NCBI GenBank assembly: GCA_964016885.1
Contig: OZ024740.1
Location: 316,696,001-316,760,000, forward strand
DNA length: 64,000 nt
Direction of reading: 5' to 3'
Origin: Eledone cirrhosa
Lineage: Eukaryota
The translations under genes were made by a program, and so were the position numbers. Shown piece after piece: positions 55,234 through 64,000 of this stretch (its first letter is position 1; each line of letters starts with the position of its first letter). The notes under the pieces were generated by a model. The model was not told the origin of the DNA, ran no database searches, and saw only the letters and a program-made list of their open reading frames with translations.

Positions 55234-55950
55234 CGAAGGGGTGCTGAAAAGTTCGTGGCTTTGGATAAAGGTAAATACAGAAGGATCAGTTAACTATGAT
55301 TTTATTCAACACTAGCAGTGGTACCCGGCGTTGCGCGGGATAAGGTATTGTGAAATATATAACCGCCTTAGCTAAGCTTAGTATTGCCACAACCACGTCT
55401 GGCAAAGAAGTAAGGGTCTGGTGGTACGTAAGTAAGCAACACTGTGGCTTAAAACGTGAGGAAGAAGTTGTGTGCACTTACCAACTGTTTGGGGAATGAG
55501 TGTGAGATTTGTCTTGAGCAAAGGTGGCAATATAACCGGAGGCAGCAGACAGACAGATATTATAAGGGCGTGACGTTATATGTATGTATCTATCTAAAAA
55601 GAGAAAGACTAAGAATTATAGAGTGAGATCGCTAAATCGCCTAATGCGGTCCCTAGGGCATTGAAAATTTGAATTTGCTCAGAACATTCCCTGAAACATA
55701 AGTATTACATGTTTAAAGTTTGAAAACAGTCGGTTGGGTGCTTCTCTAGTTTTAGGGATTCAAACTCATACACACACAGACAGACATCCTCAGTTTTATA
55801 TATATAGATATTCCCTCTCAGATTCACACACTTATTACAGCGGTCCTTCAGTTTTTCTAAGATCTGTAAAAAGAACTCGGAAAGTTAGTCCTCCAGCCAG
55901 GCCTCTGTAGCAGCGATTATGCCAGGAACTTTGTAGATCAACCGTTCGAC
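55234..55950. mobile_element. Mariner-like MITE interrupted by a Helitron
   Basis: cgaaggggtgctgaaaagttcgtggc ... gccaggaacttt. Confidence 0.65.
55312..55808 (-). mobile_element. Non-autonomous Helitron (497 bp)
   Basis: 5' TCTATATATATAAAA, 3' hairpin cccgcg(caa)cgccggg plus CTAG; inserted at A^T with no TSD. Confidence 0.85.
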
Positions 55951-56655
55951 CAAGCAGCCAGTACAGTACACCAACTGTTCAATCCGCCAGCCGCCCAACC
56001 GGAAAGAATAACAGCTTTCAATCCATTCCTTATATGCAGTTTAGTGTTGAATATTTTTTTCCTTTCGATCAACCAGAATGGAATTCATCACAAACAGAAA
56101 GATCATACGATCTATCAGGCCATGATATGTCCCCACATATGGAAATGATAGGGTCGGTAAACATTTATTTAATAACGTCCAATGAAGCTCTTATTATGTT
56201 GACGGTCAATGTTTTATTGAAACTGAGTATGTCGTCTGTTAGTGCTAGTGCAAACCGAACACATTGTCATCAGAATCCACTGTTACTGCATGTCCTCACC
56301 CCCTCTTCAAACAAATATGGGCTTAACACAATAAAGTTCGTCACGAATGGACCTCCGTCAGTTTCGACGATGAGTGTTCGGGTTGATTAATCAACAGAAC
56401 AGCCTGCTCTTCTCTTGAAACTAACGTGCAAGATGCTGAGCATTCCACAGACACGTGTACCCTTAACGTAGCTCCCAGGGAGATTAAATGTGACACAGTT
56501 TATGACAAAGTTGACCGTTTGAATTACAGGTTCAGTTCATCCAACGGACTTCCAAACAATTACCGTCAATCCAATTTCACTTAGGTCAACCTGAGGCTAT
56601 GGTAAATGACATTTCTCCAAGATGCAACGCGGTGGGACCGAACCCGAGCCTTAAT

Positions 56656-57302
56656 CAGACCTGCCAACCTCTAAAAGCTCAACCGGGGGAGTACCATGAA
56701 AAAAGGTGCCCCAAAATGGGGAGATTTTACAAAATGAAAGCTATACCCCTTTTCACAAGAGAAGACATCTCTCACTCACCCCAAAGTGGGTGGCAGATCT
56801 CCCCGTCGGAAAGGGAGAGTTGACAGGTCTGCTGTTACATGTTCATAGTAAAGAGAACGCTCATGTAGTTATTACGGATTGCTACAACCAACAACGGAAA
56901 TGTAGTTGTTACGGATTGCTACGACCAACAACGGAAATGTTGTTTATTTACACAAGACGTAGAATGTGCTTCGTCACTCACGAGAAGTATTTTGTAATCT
57001 GTTCATATTGTCAGCATGTTTTCTCTAAACGTTTACCGGCTTGTCCAATCATGCTGATTTTTTTCTTGCACGTTCATAATCTTAAGAGAATAAACATCTA
57101 AATCACTGTGATCTCAAATTCCTTGAACAATACCAGACCTGTCAACTCTCAGTGTCCGACGAGGAGATCTCAAACCCGGTGAGAGATGTCTTATTTTGTG
57201 AAAATGAGTATAGCTTTCATTATGTAAAATCTCCCCATTTTTACCTCATTTCTCCCCGTTTTGGGGCACTTTTTTTCATGGTACTCCCCGTTGGCAAGTG
57301 TG
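56656..57302. mobile_element. Pair of inverted hAT-like MITEs bracketing ~300 bp
   Basis: Units 56656-56831 and 57134-57302, each CAGACCTGYCAAC...GTTGRCARGTSTG. Confidence 0.7.
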
Positions 57303-57499
57303 CCATACTTTGTTGTAGAACGAACGATTCACACGTCTTCCTGGTGATCTCTCCCTTTCAATGTTGAACAGATCAGCAAAAAGTTCATAATACTATCGTA
57401 TTCCGATTAAGTACTTTTCCATGATGGCCCACATTAAAATGCAAAGTAATGATTGAGTAACTGAATCGGTACTTTTAAAAGATGTCATGATCACAAATA

Positions 57500-57835
57500 C
57501 AGTGGAACCTCGGTTCACGAACTTAATTCGTTCCCGACGCCGTTTGTCATCCGAAATGTTCATAAAACGAAACTATTTTCCCGATACGGAATGTTGAGAA
57601 AGAAATACAATGAGAGAGATTGTGTGAAAGACAGATATATATCACCATAGTAACTAACTACACAGCAAGGAACGCTTATCCGCCGATGCTCCCAGCTTGT
57701 CAGCAACTGTTGTTGCCGGCTTGCGTATTCGTTACTCGAGACACCATTCGTCACCCGAGACGTTTTATGTTCGGAAAAAATGTTTGTGAAACGATGTGTT
57801 TGTAATGAGAGGCGTTCGTGAACCGAGGTCCAATT
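57500..57835. mobile_element. pogo/Tigger-like MITE
   Basis: TIR cagtggaacctcggttcacgaac / gttcgtgaaccgaggtcca. Confidence 0.75.
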
Positions 57836-58677
57836 ATTCACGAATTGCGCCTTTCATTGTTTCATAGCTGCTGAAAATCATTATGTGAGCTGCCCTTATC
57901 CCTGTCAGTCAAATTACCACCATTTTAAAAACCACCATCATTAGGAACATCTTTTAAAATACACAGTCCTGTTGAATACTGTTCACTGTTTTAAGTGTTC
58001 ATATTTAATTATAACATTCCATCTAAACTATAATAAAGTAAGGAGTGCGGGATTGCGTCCAGAATATATTTGTTTATCCCGTTTGTAAAATAAGTTGGAT
58101 TACTTTGAATAAATAATAAATGAATATTACATAATTTATCTAGTAAATTTCGTTATTCTTGATTAACTATAAATAATTTTGTTGCTTATTTTAAGATTCA
58201 CTTCTTTAAAATTTTCAAATGTCAACACTTCCGGTTAGCGATCGCTTAAATAAACATTCATATATTTCCGTCACTAATTTTCTCCTAATGCAGTTTATAT
58301 ATAATATCGTATTTTTTTAATGTATCATGGATTACGTTACTGATTACATAAGACAGTATAACGCAGTCTTCGTTCAATTTCTGTGAAGATTGTCAATTAC
58401 GATTTTATTTGATGTGGTTTTTCTACTAGTTCCAATAATGACGCAACTAAAGTGTGTGCCTGGGGGCAGGCAGCCGTTGAGTTTGCCGCCCCCGGGCCCC
58501 CACAAAATATACATATTACTCACTCTTAACTTTATATATAGTAAGAATATTTTCGAAACAGCGAGCGAGTTAGAAATTAGAAATATAAGCTATCGCCGTA
58601 ATTTGACTAAAGAAATTAAAGAAATTATTTAGCCTGATATTGGGGTTAAGAACCCTCGGAGAAATGGAAAAAGATGA

Positions 58678-58743
<66 letters not shown>

Positions 58744-58750
58744 ATGTGTA

Positions 58751-58967
58751 CGGTGGGGGGGGGGGGGCAAAATTCATGACTCACTTGTTAGTTATATTAC
58801 TTAACATGCTTATTGTTATTGTATTGTTTTAATTTATTATTTTATTTCTTAATATGCTTAGCAGGTTTCTTAATTTAAAATAATAAATTAAAACAATAAA
58901 ATAACAATAAAATAAGCATGTTAAGAATTATAACTAACAAGCGAGTCATGAATTCTGGCCCACCCTG
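58751..58967. mobile_element. Palindromic Tc1-like MITE
   Basis: Long TIRs ending ...gtcatgaattctggcccaccctg-TA. Confidence 0.75.
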
Positions 58968-59041
<74 letters not shown>

Positions 59042-59044
<3 letters not shown>

Positions 59045-60960
59045 AATGAATAATAACAGGTAGACAGCATAAAAAGGTAATTTATTCCGTGTGCTTACAA
59101 ATGTTTCCACGGTGGTACTACAACCTAGTTATGCTATGTGCAAATTTACAACTATTTGCAGAACTCAAATATCCAATGCTGTGACCACTGTATCCTCAGA
59201 GCAGAATGGTAAAATGTACAATGTAAATACCCTTAAGTAGGGTTGTTGGGGAAGTTAGAGTAGAAAAGGAAGAGAGAAGTAGGGGAGAGGGAGAGAGAGA
59301 GAAAGATATGCAGGGGTTGGAGAAGTAGGAGAGAGTGGTTTGTAGATATCTTAATCAAAATGTTATGGTAGGGGTTTTATTATACTGGTTACTTTTGGAG
59401 AGATTCGTTGATAGTTAAGGTCGGAATTATTTATTGCCCCAGAGGGCAGGTTCATAGATGTGGAGAGGGAGGTAGGCCAAAGGCGAGAGAGAGAGAGTGT
59501 AATGGATGTAGAGAGAGAGGTAGAGAGGGGACAGACGAAGTTTATGTGGTGAGTGAACTTTGGGTTTGTAGTAGTAATCTGCGAATTGCACTGAGTTACC
59601 ATTTATAGTGATAAGCAGTGTATTGTCTTGTAGTGTGGGGGAAGAGAAGGTGGTTAGCTAGAAAGCGATGTTATAGTTACGGGTTCGAATGTTAAGTTAT
59701 TTTATAGTGAGAGAATTTAGCTTTTAGTTTGTGGTTGCAGTATAATGATCGTTCAATTCTATCGTTAAGTAGTTTGTTTTGGGATTTAAATATGTAAAAG
59801 AGTTCAAGGTTACATAACCTGCAGTACTTCAATCCACTCCGATATGCACTTGCGCTGGAAAGTATATCCCATTTTAAGGTGAACTGTTGGTTGCGTTCAC
59901 GGAGTTGCCAGGTCTTGTTGGCGAGCGTGGTCACAAAACGGTGATTAGGATGTTTGATTGAGAATCGATGACGGTACCAGCGAGATTTAAACGAGGTGGT
60001 GGTAGATCCGATATAATACCATTTCTGGTCGTTCGATTCAACCGTGCATTGGTAAACAATGTTGGACTTTAGGCATTCATTCTTCAATGGACATCTTTCA
60101 GGTAGATGGCAGTTACATTCTTTGTTGTGGGTAGCGTGTATACCATGGATAGGTTGTGATAGCAGTGCAGGTGGATTGTGTAATACCCGTCTCCCATTTA
60201 GTGGTTGGGAGGCAGATATTACGTTCTGCCCGTCTGTTACTAAAATATTTTGTTTTGTAGAGTTGTTTAATTGCCTTAAGTTAAGTTTTTTTTATGTATG
60301 CTTCAAGGTTTGGTGCCGTGGAGTATGATAGTCTAATAGTTTTAGAGTTCAGAATTTTGCTGTATTTATGGGAACTAGGGAAATGTTTGTTGATTAACTT
60401 AAAGAATGAAAGAGATAGTTTTGTACTAATCGAGGCATTAAAAATAGGATTGTACCAGATATACTTTCTACAACGTGATTTATTTGGTGGTGATTTTCTA
60501 TTATTAGTATGTCTGGTAGTACTGTGTGTGTGCGCTTGTATTTTAGTCCTCCGGTTACGTATTCCTTGGTTTCGTGTAGAGCTATGTGTGTTATGGAAAT
60601 TCCTATCAATGTATTCTATTGTATCCCGGTGGTCGGCATTCCTTAATGCATTATTGTAGTATTCAGCGTGTTCACTAAAAATATCTGAGTTAGACGATAG
60701 GCGAGAGATTCTAAGAGAAATACTCCGGGGAACTGATTTGATCATGGAGAGTGGGTGGTTAGAGTTAAAGTTAATATACGTAAGGTTCTCATTTATCTTG
60801 TGGAAGGGTCGTATCTGTCCGGTATTTAGATTAAGAATAACGACCCTTCCACAAATGAGAACCTTACGTATATTAACTTTAACTCAAACCACCCACTCTC
60901 CATGATCAAATCAGTTCCCCGGAGTATTTCTCTTAGAATCTCTCGCCTATCGTCTAACTC
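59042..60960 (-). mobile_element. 5'-truncated Penelope-like element with 5' fold-back
   Basis: RT thumb ISLRISRLSS..IWYNP; GIY-YIG IVYQC..YYIGST..CRLC; hairpin 60688-60960. Confidence 0.9.
59092..59203 (-). ncRNA. Type I hammerhead with extended stem II
   Basis: TGCT-CTGAGGA-TACAGTGGT..ACCACCGTG-GAAAC-ATTT-GTA^AGCA. Confidence 0.8.
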
Positions 60961-62385
60961 ATGGTGTCTGACGTTCTACCGATACTGCCAATCCACCGCC
61001 CTAACAACAATAATGATAATGATTTCTGATTTAGGCACAAGGCCAGCAATTTTGAGTCGACCCCGTAAGGATGAAAGGCAAGGTTAACCTCGACGGGATT
61101 TGAACTCAGAACGTAAAGGGGCGAAACTATATGCCACAAAGTATATTGTCCGACGCTCTACCGATTACTGCAAATCCTCCGCCCTTTTTCTATATATTAA
61201 TAATAGTGTTTTCTTTATTTCCAACAAGGACATGGGCGTGTTATGTTGATATAGTAATTTCCAACGTTATGCGAGTTATTTGTTAAGTCAATAGATCGTT
61301 CTTATGGCGACGTTGTTGGTTGCTTTGCCCGAGAGTTGGTAAGGATAAACACGAAGAAATGAATGGGTATAGGAGGAAGGAAGTGGTGATGGTGGGGAAG
61401 GGTAGTGAGCGAATTGATGATAATATGAGGTGTGTGTTGGAGTGAATAATGGCGGTGCCCCAGCATGGCCTTGGCCTCCCGGCTGGAACACATAATAGAG
61501 TGAGTTATTGAAGTAGGTATCATAGTTAGTGGCTTCTAATATAAATAAATAACTTGTCTCAGAGAACAGCCAGAAATACCCGCTACATCAGCCATTGCAC
61601 CTTTTGCTGATTTAGTAGAGGAAAACAGCAGTCATAGGACCAAGGACACCGGAGGTCGCAATGGCAAGTAGCTCAAAAAAGAAATGTGCTTCAGCCACTC
61701 CACTCTTGTGCCTCAGAGGAGAACTTTCTAGGTGCAAATCCCATGGTCATTAGTGATCGAAGGAGGTCTTTACCCTTTACCCTATATTATATATTAAATA
61801 ACAAAAGTATAAGAAAGCGTACTCAAACATCGCTACCCCCAATGATAGGAACATGGACATTGTGGGAGAACTCTCTATGGCATACAGAAAGAACCCGCCT
61901 CATGGTCGTAGCAGACAGTATGGAGAAAGCCATTTCTCCGGAGTCCCAGAGCCCCGGCGAATAGCGAGGGAGATGCATTGAAATAGCCATAGTCCTAGAA
62001 TTCGAATTAATTCAAAATAGAATGCTGTGGAGAATGAGTTTGGTTTTATGTAGTATAACTCTACACATGTAGGAGTAACTTGGCACATATTTCAGTCTTA
62101 TTAGAGCACATCAACGAAGCTTAGTCTAACTGTTAGAGCAGATTTGAAATGACCAAAGAAGTATAAAAAATTATTGTGAAAGAACAATGGATTGTATAAT
62201 ATTTAAAAGAATAGTGACAGAGAAAATAGCCAAGGACATCTTCTACATAAAAAACTATTACTAACATAATTTAGTGAGTTGTGGGGGGTTGGGTTTAAAT
62301 ATATAATTTAAATCTTTAGAAAACCCATAGCAATGATTTAAGTGCCTAAAAAACGTGTTCGCGATTTTATTTTACTCAAATGTGA

Positions 62386-62796
62386 TTCTTCTTCTTCTTC
62401 TTCTTCTTCTTCTTCTTCTTCTTCTTCTTCTTCTTCTTCTTCTTCTTCTTCTTCTTCTTCTTCTTCTTCTTCTTCTTCTTCTTCTTCTTCTTCCTGAGAT
62501 GGTCGATGGAGTAGAGTCCTCAAACACTCCTTCCAGTGGATCCTATCAGAAGCAACCGTCTCTATTTAATCCGGCTGTCTCAGGAAGGAATCACTGGACA
62601 GATTTTAGGGGCAAAACCAGCCGGCAGGAGACCCTGTGGTAGACCCCAAGCAAGATGGTTGGATAACATCCATGGGCTTGGCTGGTTTAGCTTGGGAATC
62701 AGCCGGATTAGTCCACGTCTCTCTCGGGGATAAGTGAATGAAGAAGAAGAAGAAGAAGAAGAAGAAGAAGAAGAAGAAGAAGAAGAAGAAGAAGAA
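62386..62796. mobile_element. Rearranged RTE 3' fragment between (TTC)n and (GAA)n
   Basis: Homology to 468-700 in both orientations. Confidence 0.6.
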
Positions 62797-64000
62797 GGTT
62801 CAATAACCCAGTCACCGTAATCACAGCTGAACGATTTCTCACAACTGGCGATGGAAACTGCGATGATTAGCATTATTTAAATAGCAACAAAGATTTGACT
62901 GGTACAGTACCACTGGTACAGTACCACTGGTACTTCCTTTTAGAATGCAAAAACCTTTTATTAATAAAAAAAAAATGTTTAATCATAAATAAATCTATTT
63001 CAAATAACAACACCACAGCTATTTAAAAACGGAAGAATGGGTCACAGAAGAATGGGAAGTGGAAGGAGGAGGGTGATGAGCTCTATGCCTAGAGCGAGGT
63101 GGTGTTGGGGCTGCGCCCCGCGGACAATGATCAGCGACACCCGCTACACCAGCCACCCCACCTCGCGGTGCTCCTTCCTTAGACGGTCTGCCGACTACAG
63201 TGTCCAAGTACGCCTGATGTTTCGGTGGCGGACGCTGCAAAGAGGAAGCGGCCGCATAACCCTCAGTATTTGTATAACGGAATACTCCCTATGTTTTACC
63301 GGCGAAGATTCGAAACCGAATCTGAGGTTTCTCGCCTCTGGGGCCACTCATTATTGGAAAGTTCCCACCGTTGTCCTGTCGAGACAGCGATGATAAACGT
63401 ACATTCCACTTGACCTCTGATCCCAGCTTCCTAGGAGACGATATCTACATGGCTGATCATAAACCAACCTCATATACACATCCTTCTAACTATAACACTA
63501 TTATAAATACAAGGAGTTAAGGAATCTAAAGGCCAGAGAGACCGAAGCAAGCAGTCCGTGTGAAGGTTTACGATGTAGCAAACCTTTTACTCTATCTCTC
63601 TCCTGGCCCTTACTGGCTCTCACCTTATCGGCCACAGACACAGCCAGACAGCCAGCCATGCCTGCCTGACAGATTGACCACTACTACTACGAAAATAACG
63701 TATACTAAGAATACACACACACACACATAGTAAGTTTAATTTGTTTATTGTTATGCTTCACCTATTCTTTCGTCTCCCTGTCATATTGTATCTGTAAGAT
63801 ACAACACAACTTTTACTATATCGTTTTCTGTGATACATGCATTTACGCTAGCTCGTAGAAGCTAGAGTCAATGTAGTGATAATTCATGTCATAAATTTTA
63901 TTACTCGATGTTCAAATTGAATATTGTTGTTGTAAAATAAACATTGTTAACAACACAATCCTGGCATTATTCTTTTCATCAAACTACTATACAAAGAATA

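Noticed and set aside
62338-62642. Poly-E / poly-L ORFs
   Set aside because: (TTC)n microsatellite
63213-63272. Hammerhead-like CTGAGGG..GAAACATC (minus)
   Set aside because: A9 substituted, no stem I or stem III

Overview
This is AT-rich eukaryotic DNA made almost entirely of repeats. The SINE/LINE repertoire and very long (TA)n arrays look like a coleoid cephalopod, probably Octopus (inference). No complete host gene is evident, only a few candidate minus-strand exons. Most listed ORFs are microsatellite artefacts. Recognisable elements are a 5'-truncated RTE LINE, a CRE-like restriction-endonuclease retroposon fragment, a near-complete Ty3/Gypsy element with a -1 frameshift signal, a decayed RepHel Helitron plus a non-autonomous Helitron, several Penelope-like elements (PLEs), tRNA-derived SINEs and many MITEs. 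The standout signal is about 18 type I hammerhead ribozyme (HHR) motifs, read by eye, from about 10 sequence families. They lie in PLE terminal repeats and in short non-coding elements next to (TA)n arrays, often as fold-back palindromes. In two families the fold-back junction coincides with the predicted self-cleavage site. One 301-nt unit runs from cleavage site to cleavage site like a retrozyme.
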